Positions 1 through 10,921 are shown, numbered from the stretch's first letter. The stretch: 40,000 bases of DNA from Lysinibacillus capsici (GCF_003367505.1 NZ_PXXX01000022.1:17625-57624), one strand, 5' to 3'. Made by a program: numbers and translations. The notes: generated by a model from the letters alone, not told the origin.

Positions 1-366
1 ATGAGAGTCTACTACGCTAGTATGACGGGAAATGTCCGACGATTCATCCAAAAAACTGGATTAGATACAACTGACATTTCATGTAATCCAAATCCGAAAG
101 AGCCGTTTGTACTCGTCACATACACTTTCGGATTTGGCGCAGTACCAAAAGAAGTTGACGCTTGGTTGACGCAAAATTATAAGTTATTAAAAGGGGTAGC
201 TGTTAGTGGTAATCGTAACTGGGGCGATAACTACGGAAAAGCTGGTGACTTAATAGCTCGAAAATATAACGTACCTCTATTACACAAATTCGAGTTAGCA
301 GGTACAGACGAAGATGTACAAATTTTTAACGAAAGGTTGCTGATGGTTTGCGATACTACGAATTAA
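1..366 (+). CDS. nrdI: NrdI-like flavodoxin, ribonucleotide reductase class Ib accessory protein
   Basis: 121 aa, MRVYYASMTGNVRRFIQKTG FMN-binding-like start and TYTFGFGAVPKEV; directly upstream of nrdE/nrdF. May begin at the window edge. Confidence 0.9.
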   Translation: MRVYYASMTGNVRRFIQKTGLDTTDISCNPNPKEPFVLVTYTFGFGAVPKEVDAWLTQNYKLLKGVAVSGNRNWGDNYGKAGDLIARKYNVPLLHKFELAGTDEDVQIFNERLLMVCDTTN

Positions 367-2429
367 ATAACGAAATAATGCTACAAGGCGATAAAGATAT
401 TTACCAATATGAAAAAGATCAAGAAGCTACACGCGCTTATTTTTTGGATTACGTTAATAAAAAGACAATGTTTTTCCATAACTTACGTGAAAAACTTAAT
501 TACTTATTTGAAAACAATTATTACGAACAAGAATTATTCGATCAATACACATTTGAACAAGTAAAAGCAGTCTATAAACGTGCTTATGCAAAGAAATTCC
601 GTTTTCCTTCTTTCATGTCCGCGTACAAGTTTTATAATGACTATGCGTTAAAGACAGATGATGGAGAATGTATTTTAGAACGTTATGAGGACCGAGTTGC
701 AGTAAATGCTTTATTCTTTGCGAAAGGTGATCCGCAAAAGGCGATTGATTACGCGGACTTGCTTATCGAACAAGAATATCAACCAGCGACACCAACATTC
801 TTAAATGTTGGACGAAAACGTAGAGGCGAATTAGTGTCTTGCTTCTTAACAGAGGTAGGTGACAGTTTAAATGATATTAATATGGCGGAATCAACTGCAA
901 AACAACTCTCGAAGTTAGGCGGTGGCGTCTCATTAAACTTATCTAATATCCGCGCCAAAGGTGAAGCCATTAAGGGCATTAAAAACGTTGCTAAAGGCGT
1001 CGTAGGCGTTATGAAAATGCTTGACCATGCTTTCCGGTATGCAGATCAAATGGGTACAAGACAAGGTGCTGGAGCAGTTTATTTAAATGTATTCCACGCA
1101 GACATTAACGATTTTCTTGATACGAAAAAAATTAGTGCTGATGAAGATGTAAGAGTAAAAACACTATCTATTGGCGTTGTTATCCCAGATAAGTTTATTG
1201 AACTTGCTCGTGATAACAAACCAGCATATGTTTTTTATCCACATACTGTTGAGAAAGCAACAGGCGAACGGTTCTCCGATATTGACATATCAGCACGATA
1301 TGACGAATTAGTAACTAATTCTGCAATCCGAAAAGACCGTGTTAATCCTCGTCAATTGCTTGAAAAGATTGCAGCATTACGCTTTGAGTCTGGCTATCCG
1401 TATATCATGTTTAGCGACAATGTAAATAAAACACATGCTTTAAATGGCACGATAAAATTCTCTAATCTATGTAGTGAGATACTGCAACGATCTGAACAAT
1501 CTACTTATACAGATTACGGACAACAAGATGAAATAGGGTTAGATATTTCTTGTAATTTAGGGTCGTTAAATATTGCGAATATCATGCGATTAAAAGACTT
1601 CGAACGTGCAGTATCATTAGCAACAGATGCCTTAACAGTTGTGTCAGAATCAACGAATATTGCTAATGCTCCAGCAGTTTCAAAAGCCAATAAGGAAATG
1701 CGTTCAATTGGTTTAGGAGCTATGAATTTACATGGTTATCTTGCGAGTGTAGGTATTAGTTACGAAAGTCCAGAGGCGATCGAATTTGTAGATGTATTTT
1801 TTGCAGCAGTCAACTATTACTCTATTAAACGATCAATGGAATTGGCAAAACAAAAAGGGTCTGTATTTACTGGGTTTGAACAATCGAGTTATGCAGATGG
1901 TAGTTACTTTAAATCCTACTTAAACAATAGTTATTTGCTAAAAGACGAGTATATCAAATCATTATTTGACGGGATCGTGCTACCAACAACGGAGGACTGG
2001 CTAGAGTTAGCTTCTGATGTAGCTAAGTATGGCTTATATAATGCTTATCGCCTTGCAATTGCTCCAACAGGTTCAATAAGCTACGTACAATCAGCGACAG
2101 CAAGTGTTATGCCGATTATGGAACGGATTGAAGAACGTACTTATGGCAATTCAAAGACATACTACCCGATGCCTAACCTCTCTTATAAAACGTGGGCTTA
2201 CTACAAAGAGGCGTATGAAATGGACATGCGCAAAGTCGTCGATTTAATTGCAACGATTCAACGCCATATAGATCAAGGCATTAGTTTTACGTTATTCTTA
2301 CGTGACACAATGACAACACGCGATTTAACAAAGATTGATTTATATGCGCATCACAAAGGAATTAAGACGCTTTACTATGCACGAACAAAAGATACGGGCG
2401 CAGATATTTGTCTAGCGTGTCAAGTTTAA
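348..2429 (+). CDS. nrdE: Class Ib ribonucleoside-diphosphate reductase alpha subunit
   Basis: 693 aa with PATPTFLNVGRKRRGELVSCFL, SNLCSEI, APTGSISYV and C-terminal CLACQV motifs; probable TTG start overlapping nrdI. Confidence 0.96.
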   Translation: MRYYELNNEIMLQGDKDIYQYEKDQEATRAYFLDYVNKKTMFFHNLREKLNYLFENNYYEQELFDQYTFEQVKAVYKRAYAKKFRFPSFMSAYKFYNDYALKTDDGECILERYEDRVAVNALFFAKGDPQKAIDYADLLIEQEYQPATPTFLNVGRKRRGELVSCFLTEVGDSLNDINMAESTAKQLSKLGGGVSLNLSNIRAKGEAIKGIKNVAKGVVGVMKMLDHAFRYADQMGTRQGAGAVYLNVFHADINDFLDTKKISADEDVRVKTLSIGVVIPDKFIELARDNKPAYVFYPHTVEKATGERFSDIDISARYDELVTNSAIRKDRVNPRQLLEKIAALRFESGYPYIMFSDNVNKTHALNGTIKFSNLCSEILQRSEQSTYTDYGQQDEIGLDISCNLGSLNIANIMRLKDFERAVSLATDALTVVSESTNIANAPAVSKANKEMRSIGLGAMNLHGYLASVGISYESPEAIEFVDVFFAAVNYYSIKRSMELAKQKGSVFTGFEQSSYADGSYFKSYLNNSYLLKDEYIKSLFDGIVLPTTEDWLELASDVAKYGLYNAYRLAIAPTGSISYVQSATASVMPIMERIEERTYGNSKTYYPMPNLSYKTWAYYKEAYEMDMRKVVDLIATIQRHIDQGISFTLFLRDTMTTRDLTKIDLYAHHKGIKTLYYARTKDTGADICLACQV

Positions 2430-2441
2430 GGAGGATTCTAC

Positions 2442-3401
2442 ATGACTATTTATACGGCTGCGAACTATGCGGTAGATGACGACTCATTTACCCAGGCTTT
2501 TTTAAAGCAGAATCATTCACAATTCTGGCTACCCGAAGAAATATCGCTAACACCCGATTTATTGACTTGGAAAGCTCTTTCAAAAGAAGAACAAAAAGCA
2601 TATATGCGTGTACTTGGAGGATTGACTTTACTTGATACAGAACAAGGAGTTGGTATACCTCGATTAATTCCTCATATTAAAGGGCATCAACGACAAGCGT
2701 TGCTTACCTTTATGTCAGCAATGGAAAACTCGGTCCATGCCAAGTCGTACTCTAACATCTTCTTAACTTTGGCAAATCGTGAGGAAATTAAAGAAGTATT
2801 CGATTGGGTACGGGAAAATCAGTATTTGCAAACAAAAGCTGACGTTATTGTGACGCAATATAAGGCAATCAAAAACAATGATGATATTTCACTTTATAAG
2901 GCGCTAGTTTCGTCAGTATTCCTTGAATCGTTCTTATTTTACAGTGGTTTCTACTACCCACTGTATATGTACGGACAAGGAAAATTAATGCAGGCTGGGG
3001 AGATCATAAACTTAATTATTCGTGATGAAAGCATACATGGTGTCTATGTCGGTTTATTAGCGCAAGAAATCTATAACCGACACTCATCAGATGTACAAAG
3101 CGAATTGTCTGCGTGGGTACATGAGACACTCGAAAAGCTATATCAGAACGAGGCGTTATATACAGCAGACATTTATGATGATGTCGGTTTGACATACGAT
3201 GTACTTAATTTCGTTCAGTACAACGCAAATAAGGCATTATCTAACTTAGGATTTGACGCTTATTACACACATGACAACTTTAATCCAATCGTTTTAAACG
3301 GACTATCAACGAAAACAAAATCGCATGATTTCTTTTCAATGAAAGGTAATGGGTATAAAAAAGCAACTGTCGAACCAATTCAAGACTCGGACTTCTATTA
3401 G
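2442..3401 (+). CDS. nrdF: Class Ib ribonucleoside-diphosphate reductase beta subunit
   Basis: 319 aa, E/H metal ligand pattern ([22 protein letters not shown]), adjacent to nrdE. Confidence 0.95.
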   Translation: MTIYTAANYAVDDDSFTQAFLKQNHSQFWLPEEISLTPDLLTWKALSKEEQKAYMRVLGGLTLLDTEQGVGIPRLIPHIKGHQRQALLTFMSAMENSVHAKSYSNIFLTLANREEIKEVFDWVRENQYLQTKADVIVTQYKAIKNNDDISLYKALVSSVFLESFLFYSGFYYPLYMYGQGKLMQAGEIINLIIRDESIHGVYVGLLAQEIYNRHSSDVQSELSAWVHETLEKLYQNEALYTADIYDDVGLTYDVLNFVQYNANKALSNLGFDAYYTHDNFNPIVLNGLSTKTKSHDFFSMKGNGYKKATVEPIQDSDFY

Positions 3402-3415
3402 AAAGGAACGATTCT

Positions 3416-3670
3416 ATGGTAAAAGACATCGAGCATCCCGATATAACGCACGCATTGCGAACAGGCCATGATCGGGAAACCTGGCGTAATATACAAAACG
3501 CAAAGCTGCTTACGGAATCAGTACCACGTGATTATTACGGAGACATTATTGACTTAAAGAACGACCATTACGTCGTGATTCCGACAGGCTATAAGATATT
3601 GCACAGTAACTTACAACGTTATTTGGAAGAAAGAAAAGGCTTCGAATTTAATTACGTATTCAGCGATTAG
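3416..3670 (+). CDS. Hypothetical protein
   Basis: 84 aa ORF tightly packed in the operon with an upstream GAAAGGA RBS. Confidence 0.7.
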   Translation: MVKDIEHPDITHALRTGHDRETWRNIQNAKLLTESVPRDYYGDIIDLKNDHYVVIPTGYKILHSNLQRYLEERKGFEFNYVFSD

Positions 3671-3681
3671 GAGGAAAACAC

Positions 3682-4335
3682 ATGGGACTGCCTAAAGATA
3701 CGATGTTATACGGATTTGCTGAAAAATTGACGCGAGAACAATGTGAGTATGTCGATAGTATTTTTGATAATCAAGTAACGATTGTAAACGCAAAGGCTGG
3801 GAGTGGTAAGACTACACTTGCAGTTGCCTGCGCAGCACTACTCGGAAAACCTCTCGTATATATTTTCGCTCCAGTCGAGGAAGGCAAGATGGGTTTTCGT
3901 CCAGGTACTCAACGTGATAAAGAAGCTGAATACTATCAACCATTAATTGACGCTCTATATGAAATCGGCGAGAATCCGTCAAAAGTAATCTATGATGCTG
4001 AAAATATCGAAGCACAAAAGCGTGGCGACGTTTGGGTGTATCCTCGGAGTCACATCTTCGCTCGCGGGACGAATATCAAGGATTCGACGGTGATTATAGC
4101 TGAGGCCCAGAATTTTACGCGAGGTGAACTTAAAAAGGTCCTTACGCGAATTCATGATAGCTGTACGGTAATTATCGAAGGACATGACGGCCAGAACGAC
4201 TTGCCAAATCCGAATAAGAGTGGATTTGTACCGTATATCGAACATTTAGCAGCTTATGAATTTGTAAATGTCGTGCGGTTAAAGAAGAACTTCCGAGGTC
4301 GTTTATCGACTATTGCGGATGAAATGACTTGGTAG
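3682..4335 (+). CDS. PhoH-like ATPase
   Basis: Walker A AKAGSGKTTLA, FAPVEEGKMGFRPGTQRDK, IIAEAQNFTRGELKKVLTRI. Confidence 0.9.
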   Translation: MGLPKDTMLYGFAEKLTREQCEYVDSIFDNQVTIVNAKAGSGKTTLAVACAALLGKPLVYIFAPVEEGKMGFRPGTQRDKEAEYYQPLIDALYEIGENPSKVIYDAENIEAQKRGDVWVYPRSHIFARGTNIKDSTVIIAEAQNFTRGELKKVLTRIHDSCTVIIEGHDGQNDLPNPNKSGFVPYIEHLAAYEFVNVVRLKKNFRGRLSTIADEMTW

Positions 4336-4347
4336 GAGGGGATTTCA

Positions 4348-4560
4348 ATGAAACGGTATACAATTGGCTTAAACGTAAACGATTCGTCAGAATTATTACA
4401 AGCAGCTACGGACATTCAAGCGTTCATTGATACGTTAGGTGTCGCAAGTGAGCTAGACATACAAGTGAGTGTTAATCCGTTATTGTCACAATCTGAAAAT
4501 ACTAACGTTATCGGGTTTGCGATGAAAACTGAGGAAGATTACGAGGAGGATGAAGAGTAA
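4348..4560 (+). CDS. Hypothetical acidic protein
   Basis: 70 aa ORF, GGAGGG RBS, stop overlaps start of next gene. Confidence 0.65.
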   Translation: MKRYTIGLNVNDSSELLQAATDIQAFIDTLGVASELDIQVSVNPLLSQSENTNVIGFAMKTEEDYEEDEE

Positions 4561-4973
4561 TGAACGAACAACAAGCACAAAAAATCGAGAGAGTGGCAAA
4601 AATGTCGCCAATTAACGATAAACTAACAGAAATGTATGATATGCAAACGAAACTAGACCAACGCATTATTACCGAGCGAGGTATATCAAAAACGACTGAC
4701 GAGTGGGTGGTCGGATTAACTATCGCAATGGAATCTGAGATTGACGAGATTCGTCGCGAGGTTAATTGGCGTTGGTGGAAAAATAGTAAGCCGATTGATC
4801 AAACTGCTTTGCAAGAAGAAATCGTGGACGTGTGGCACTTCTTATTATCTCTTTCTAGAGTAGTCGGAATGTCTCCGGACGATATTCATCGCATTTACAT
4901 GGAAAAGAACGCTGAAAATCACGCAAGGCAAAGTGGTACTAGCGAAAAGGAAGGGTATGAGGTATCGAAATGA
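4560..4973 (+). CDS. dUTPase_2/MazG-fold nucleotide pyrophosphatase (dimeric dUTPase-like)
   Basis: ESEIDEIRREVNWRWWK and EEIVDVWHFLLSLS, all-alpha NTP-PPase motifs. Confidence 0.85.
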   Translation: MNEQQAQKIERVAKMSPINDKLTEMYDMQTKLDQRIITERGISKTTDEWVVGLTIAMESEIDEIRREVNWRWWKNSKPIDQTALQEEIVDVWHFLLSLSRVVGMSPDDIHRIYMEKNAENHARQSGTSEKEGYEVSK

Positions 4974-5344
4974 GTGGATGTCCGAATGAATTCGGTATTT
5001 ACAGCAGAATGGTGACTTTAAAAATGCCAAATCATCTCTTTAAAAAGAACGGTGGGTACTATGTTGATAAAACGGAGTGCGATATTGACCAATGTTTAGT
5101 TGATGAAATCCGATTCTTATGGAGTAAAGGAGTTGTCACAACAGGTTCTTGTTGTGGACATGGAATAAATCAAGGAATGATTAATGTGTTAGAGTCAAGC
5201 GTAAATAAAATGATTGAATTAGGTTATGAATTACTAGACATTCCAGAGCCTTTCTGGAAATATTCGTTTATACCAAAATCTAAACACAAACAGGAGAAAC
5301 TCAATGACGAAAATCGAACGCAAAATAAACGTACTAGACGATAA
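4970..5344 (+). CDS. Hypothetical protein, Cys/His-containing
   Basis: 124 aa ORF, ATGA overlap with upstream gene; VVTTGSCCGHG motif; its 3' end overlaps thyX. Confidence 0.65.
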   Translation: MSGCPNEFGIYSRMVTLKMPNHLFKKNGGYYVDKTECDIDQCLVDEIRFLWSKGVVTTGSCCGHGINQGMINVLESSVNKMIELGYELLDIPEPFWKYSFIPKSKHKQEKLNDENRTQNKRTRR

Positions 5345-6032
5345 AGGGTATGTAATGATCCACGATGTACTTGGAACAGATTTAACGGTAGCAAATGCGG
5401 CTCGCGTAAGTTACGCAAAGAAGTCCGCAACATTGACCGATGGTGATAAGCGATTAATAGACTTTCTAGCGCGGGAGGGGCATACTTCGCCCTTCCGCCA
5501 CGTGATCGCACAATTCGAATTTAATGCGCCATTGATGGTCGCTAGGCAACATTGGAAATACGTTGTAGGATCGTCAATGCTCGAAGCTACTGGAGATAAT
5601 ATGGATGCTTGGAACGAATCGAGTCGTCGTTATGTAACGGAAGAACCGACATTCTACGTACCACAGCCATATGAATGGCGATCAGCACCAGAAAACAGTA
5701 AACAAGGTTCAGGCGATATAGTTCGTTTTGAAATTGGAGAATCTGCAACAAGTGCGCTCATACAACATGTTGATGTATGCATTAAATTGTACGAGGACGC
5801 TATTTCTAGCGGAATTTGTGCTGAGCAAGCACGCCTATTCTTGCCAGCATACGGAATGTACGTTAAATACTACTGGACAGCATCGTTACAAAGCGTCTGT
5901 CACTTCCTAAATCAGCGTTTAGCTCATGATTCTCAAGTTGAGATACAAATGTATGCGAAGGCAGTTCTTGAACTTATAAAACCGCATTTTCCGATCAGTG
6001 TTGAAAAATTAGTATCGGAGACTTCCGAATGA
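5304..6032 (+). CDS. thyX: Flavin-dependent thymidylate synthase
   Basis: ThyX-type RHxxxxFxxN..RQHWKYVVGSSM, SSRRYVTEE, FLPAYGMYVKYYWTASLQSVCHFLNQRL. Confidence 0.93.
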   Translation: MTKIERKINVLDDKGYVMIHDVLGTDLTVANAARVSYAKKSATLTDGDKRLIDFLAREGHTSPFRHVIAQFEFNAPLMVARQHWKYVVGSSMLEATGDNMDAWNESSRRYVTEEPTFYVPQPYEWRSAPENSKQGSGDIVRFEIGESATSALIQHVDVCIKLYEDAISSGICAEQARLFLPAYGMYVKYYWTASLQSVCHFLNQRLAHDSQVEIQMYAKAVLELIKPHFPISVEKLVSETSE

Positions 6033-6703
6033 AAAAACTATACGCGTCAGCTATGGCGCTACTCATCGCTGTTACTTTATTTATCTACTTATATAAACCA
6101 CAAGATCATGAACAGCTTTCCGAAAGTCCCACCGTACGCAATTTAGAACACGTAGAATACAATGGATTTAACGCAATATACACGCAAGTTCTTGAAAAGA
6201 AACGCCTACAAGCCGAATCAGAACGAAAAAAGAAACGTCAACAGGCGTTAGAAGAAGCACATAGACTATACCACGCTAAGATTGCAGAGGAAAAGCGTAC
6301 AAGGCAAGAAGAAAAAAGACGAAATGAACTAAAACGAAAAACACAAGAACAAGTAAGTCGAAATGACGACGTTCAACTGACGCAATTATCGATGATAGCA
6401 ACGCACTACACGTCGACATGTAATGGGTGTTCTGGAATAACTGCCACTGGCTATGATGTGCGCCAAACCATATATGCCGAAGGATTAAGAGTGATTGCAG
6501 TTGATCCGCGAGTGATTCCACTAGGTTCAATAGTGCGCATTGATTACCCTAATGGTACTTCGTTTAAGGCTATTTGTGCTGATACAGGTGGGGCAATTAA
6601 AGGACATAAGATTGATGTACTTGTTTCAAACATTAATGAGGCTTACTCATTAGGAAAACAAACAGTAACAGTAACTATACTTAAAAACGGAAAGGGACGA
6701 TGA
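6029..6703 (+). CDS. 3D (Asp-Asp-Asp) domain cell-wall-associated protein, YorM-like
   Basis: N-terminal TM segment, charged linker, C-terminal TGYDVRQTIYAEGLRVIAVDPRVIPLGSIVRI...ADTGGAIKGHKIDV. Confidence 0.88.
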   Translation: MKKLYASAMALLIAVTLFIYLYKPQDHEQLSESPTVRNLEHVEYNGFNAIYTQVLEKKRLQAESERKKKRQQALEEAHRLYHAKIAEEKRTRQEEKRRNELKRKTQEQVSRNDDVQLTQLSMIATHYTSTCNGCSGITATGYDVRQTIYAEGLRVIAVDPRVIPLGSIVRIDYPNGTSFKAICADTGGAIKGHKIDVLVSNINEAYSLGKQTVTVTILKNGKGR

Positions 6704-6706
6704 TAC

Positions 6707-7183
6707 ATGGTAAAAGCACAGGAAGGCGATTTGATTCGAATTGTTTCAGTACCAGAAGATTGGTCGTACGATGTTGGAGGAATTTATGAGGTAATTAGTA
6801 TTTCAAACGAAGGCTATCCTCGATTTTACATCGATGATACCGAAGATATTTATTATGCACTACCTGGACAGTATATGATTCATCGCAAAGCTGGCGAAGA
6901 AGATGATCGAGACAAATTAATACCAAGAGAAGTCGCAATTAAAAACGCTGCAGACGCTTTAGGCGACTTAATAATCCGTAAAAATCACGATTACGGAGAT
7001 AGTTTCTCGCAACAGTACGATAAATACGGACTTATGAGCGCTTTAATCCGAATGGATGATAAACTGCGTAGGTTAGAGACTTTACAGGGCGGAGACAAAG
7101 CGAAAGTCAGCGAAAGCATTTCGGATACCCTCTTAGATTTAGCTGGATATGCATTGTTGACATATGTAGAGACGCAGAAATAA
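6707..7183 (+). CDS. DUF1599 / nucleotide modification associated domain 1-like protein
   Basis: RKNHDYGDSFSQQYDKYGLMSALIRMDDKLRRLETL...SISDTLLDLAGYALLTYVE. Confidence 0.75.
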   Translation: MVKAQEGDLIRIVSVPEDWSYDVGGIYEVISISNEGYPRFYIDDTEDIYYALPGQYMIHRKAGEEDDRDKLIPREVAIKNAADALGDLIIRKNHDYGDSFSQQYDKYGLMSALIRMDDKLRRLETLQGGDKAKVSESISDTLLDLAGYALLTYVETQK

Positions 7184-7421
7184 CGTGAATTAAATATGAT
7201 TAATAGCCAACCTAGCGGAATAAAGCCGTGATGGTTGGCGAGTTTTGACGTTTAGGGGGACTCATTTTGGTCAGATACATTGCTCAAGATGCGTATAACC
7301 AGGCAATATACTTTTCTGGAGAAATAACTACTTGCATAACTACTAACGTAGGGAAACGTGGCAGGAACGGTATAAATATTATAGAGCTTTACGAAATAAA
7401 TGAAATGGAGGACTTTATAAT

Positions 7422-8928
7422 GCCGTATGTTAAACATAAGAAAGAAAAAGAAGAAATTATTATTAAGTCTTTCACTTACGCATCAGCATTCGCAGGTATC
7501 GGCGGCATGACTCTCGGACTTAAACCGTTAGGTGGCGAAGGAGTTATCGCATGGGAATATGATCCGACAGAAAAGCGACGCCAATACGCACAGGACGCTC
7601 ACAAACTGTTGCATCCTGAAATACCCATACATGGAGACATTTGCGAAGCTAATACAGATGAGTTACCCGACTTTGACGTATTCTGCTTTACTCCGCCATG
7701 CCAAGCGTTTTCAGTTGCTGGCAAACGAGGCGGATTCGATGATACTCGCGGTACACTCACATTTGAGGCGTTACGAATAGCACAAGCGAAAAAGCCGAAG
7801 ATTCTCTTTATGGAAAACGTTAAAGGTCTCGTAAATCATGATAAAGGGAATACGATGGGGACTATTATTCACGCGATTAATGAAATCGGCTATACAGTCG
7901 ATTTTACCGTTTTAAATTCGAAATACTTTGATGTAGCGCAGAATCGTGAACGCGTCTACTTAATCGCATTTAGAGACGATTTAATCTCGCCAGAGCCGTG
8001 GAATGACGTAAAGGGTACTACAATGCTGCCGAAAGCAAAGCGTCGTTATCAGGAAGAGGGCGCAAGAACGTTTAATTTCGATTGGCCAGAGCAAACGGAA
8101 GTACTAACTAGGTTGCGTGATTTCTTAGAGCCTATCGTCGATGAAAAGTATTATATTGACGAGGAAAAAACGGCTAAGCTAGTTGCGCAGTTAGAAGAAA
8201 AGGCGGATGGAATCGTGATTAGAGAGGCGACTAACAAGGGCTACGCCGTAGCTGCGGAGGGAGACGCCGTTAATATTCAGTTCCCTAACAGCAAAACTCG
8301 CAGAGGACGCGTGGGTAAGCAGATGGCTAATACGCTAGAGGCGAATGGGTGCAATCAAGGCGTTGTGGAGCGTATTGAACAGTTCTCTAAAGGAGACGGA
8401 ATAAGCTGTTGTATAGACGCAAATTATGCGAAAGGTACATCACCTGGAGACGTCGGTAAAGGACGTCGTACACATATCGTAGAAGATTCTCCGATAATGC
8501 TCGGTCATATCGACTTAAAAGGTCACGACGCTATTAAGAGGGTTTACAGTCCGACAGGGCAAGGCCCGACATTAACGACTATGGGCGGAGGACATCGTGA
8601 GCCAAAAATTGTAGAAGAAATTCGTCCAGTATTAACACCAGAACGCCTTGAAAAACGTCAAAATGGACGTAGATTCAAAGAGGACGGAGAAGAATCATTC
8701 ACACTCACGTCTATTGATCGACATGGCGTAGCAGTCGGAGAATATCCGAAATATCGAATCCGCAAGCTAACTCCGCGAGAGTGCCTACGTCTGCAATCCG
8801 TTCCAGAGGACATTATTGACGCTTTATCAACGCATTTTAGCGACAGTCGTTTATACCACTTTGCCGGAAATGGCCTCACAACAAAGGTAATTACAGCGAT
8901 TGGCGAACGCTTAATTAAGTATTTATAG
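7422..8928 (+). CDS. DNA (cytosine-5-)-methyltransferase
   Basis: FAGIGGMTLGL, CFTPPCQAFSVAGKRGG, ENVKGL, QNRERVYLIAF, RKLTPRECLRLQ, GNGLTTKV. ORF track opens at 7267, but ATG at 7422 has an upstream GGAGG and better fits the family start. Confidence 0.94.
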
Positions 8929-8950
8929 TGATAAAGCAGCAAGCGATTGC

Positions 8951-9544
8951 CTACTGCTTAAAGATAACGACATTCCCACTAAGTGACGCAGTATCGGCGT
9001 AAAACGTCTGTCCTTCGAATTTCTCTAAATTAAATTGGTTGAAAAGTTTGGCAGCAGTAATGTCTTTCCGATTACTTACGAAGTAACCTGCGGAACGCAT
9101 TTCTTCACTCAATGAAGGTGCAGAAGGCTTAACGATAGCAAAAGCCTGATCTACAGGATTGAACGCAATAAGGACGCGTGAACGTGGTTTAATACCTAGT
9201 TGGGATAATATATCGCCCTTTAGATATAGCCGATTACGCTTACCAACATAAATTTGTGACATACCTTTATTCGGAACAAACGTGAAGCCAGCGAGCAATT
9301 GCGCTTCTTCATCGTCAAACTCCGTTGAAGGAACGGGCTTAAAGTGATATTCGAGTGTTCGGTCAAGCTCCGCACAATATGCGTCAGCTTCTCCAGGCTC
9401 GTTAAGAGTAATCATCGGATAAAATTCGTCTTTAAATTCGATACCTGCGATGTAAGTATCTGCGACCGTATCACAATATGATCGTGCTGATTCATCGATT
9501 TTAGGCAGTAATTCATCAAGCGTATAAAATTTCGCAACAGTCAT
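8951..9544 (-). CDS. Hypothetical protein with possible AbrB-like C-terminal segment
   Basis: 197 aa reverse-strand ORF between forward operons; good RBS (GGAGGTGTGACTT). Confidence 0.7.
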   Translation of the reverse strand: MTVAKFYTLDELLPKIDESARSYCDTVADTYIAGIEFKDEFYPMITLNEPGEADAYCAELDRTLEYHFKPVPSTEFDDEEAQLLAGFTFVPNKGMSQIYVGKRNRLYLKGDILSQLGIKPRSRVLIAFNPVDQAFAIVKPSAPSLSEEMRSAGYFVSNRKDITAAKLFNQFNLEKFEGQTFYADTASLSGNVVIFKQ

Positions 9545-9840
9545 AAGTCACACCTCCGTGTTTTTATATGTGAAAGAACGTCATATTTACGTTTTTGATA
9601 AGGATATTATATCAAAAAGAAAACGCAATATCAACGCAAAAGGACATCAAAAGCAAGGAGGAAATGGAATATGGGACCGAAAATACCCGCCGTCAGACTT
9701 ATTTCACTGTATTCCTATCGAAAATAGAGAGCGATATATGGGCAAGTATCACGACATCTTTACTCTAATTAGCCTTATTTATCTAATTTAAGAAAATTAG
9801 ACTCTTTAATCTAAATTACGCAAATATAAGGAGGAAGTTT

Positions 9841-10191
9841 ATGAAAACACGAAAATCAACCGCAAAAGCGATTTTAACGAATTTGCATGCACTACGACAA
9901 CGCAGATATGTCGGAGATTTAGATGCTAGCGATACGCTAATTGACTTTGAAAGAGCGTGTCAGATGGCGAAATTGACGAAAAGGCAGTTTGAGGCTATTC
10001 GATTTGTATATGACATCGGATTGACGCAGAAGGAGGCTGGTGAGCGAATGGGAATTGGTCAAGACGTAGTAAGTTCTCATATTGATGCTTCTGCGACTAA
10101 GCTAGATGAGATATACGAAATGTGGGCATGGATGGACGCTGAATTGACGTTAAAAGGTTTTAAAGGTGTGGGGGAAAATGCTACATGCTAA
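9841..10191 (+). CDS. Sigma-70 region 4-like transcriptional regulator
   Basis: LTKRQFEAIRFVYDIGLTQKEAGERMGIGQDVVSSHID helix-turn-helix; GGAGG RBS. Confidence 0.8.
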   Translation: MKTRKSTAKAILTNLHALRQRRYVGDLDASDTLIDFERACQMAKLTKRQFEAIRFVYDIGLTQKEAGERMGIGQDVVSSHIDASATKLDEIYEMWAWMDAELTLKGFKGVGENATC

Positions 10192-10559
10192 CTAACCAAG
10201 ACATGCACAACGAAATTTCATCTGCATTTACCCGTTTTAAAAAAAGTAAGACTAACCGTCAAAATCGTATTGAATATGTAGCAAAACTGACTGAAAGATA
10301 CTTTCTTCAACATGAGAAAATGCCTGCAACACATGTGCTAGATCGCATGGCTACGTTAATATTGCAAGATGAATTGGCGGATATAGACCGTATGAAGATG
10401 CGTAACACAGAATACCCACTTCTTAGTGAGACTCAAGAGTTATACCGTAAAAAAGATGAACGTTCACTAAAAGCTGCACAAGATGTAGCAACAGACGGTG
10501 TTGATTATCGTATTAGAACACGTGATAGTAATCGTCGTATGCGTGAAGTGTTTGGATAA
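10185..10559 (+). CDS. Hypothetical protein
   Basis: 124 aa ORF overlapping upstream CDS, followed by a terminator. Confidence 0.65.
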   Translation: MLTNQDMHNEISSAFTRFKKSKTNRQNRIEYVAKLTERYFLQHEKMPATHVLDRMATLILQDELADIDRMKMRNTEYPLLSETQELYRKKDERSLKAAQDVATDGVDYRIRTRDSNRRMREVFG

Positions 10560-10578
10560 TATTTGGATATAATCGTTT

Positions 10579-10607
10579 AAGACTACCTTTTGGTAGTCTT
10601 TTTTTTG
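10579..10607 (+). terminator. Rho-independent terminator
   Basis: GACTACC-TTTT-GGTAGTC followed by TTTTTTTT. Confidence 0.92.
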
Positions 10608-10921
10608 TTGTAAAAATAACTATTTACGGGGATTAATATTTGATATTTATGTTGACGTTAGTTAATAAAAATGGCCATTGAAAGAGTAGTTGCACTAGCG
10701 ACTTTCTTAAAATTTATTAGCAAATTGGTTAACTTTCAGACAGCATTGATAACAAAAAGCTAAAGAAGTTGAAGAAAGCAAAAAAGACACTACCCCAAAA
10801 GAGTAGCGCCCACCAAAAGTTAATAAAATGAAGGTTAAGGCTGACACCCTTAGCCTTCACCCTAAATATAAAATATTTATACATGATAAACAATAAATCA
10901 TATTTAAAAGAGGATAAAATT

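Noticed and set aside
779-979. Reverse-strand ORF inside nrdE (and similar antisense ORFs at 3812, 3979, 5728, 6276, 7532, 14420, 16630, 19338, 23086, 29430, 31475, 33082, 33689)
   Set aside because: Fully antisense to strongly supported coding genes, without RBS or family-like sequence.
7267-7421. N-terminal extension of the methyltransferase from 7267
   Set aside because: The extension is not family-like, and a good GGAGG lies just upstream of ATG 7422.
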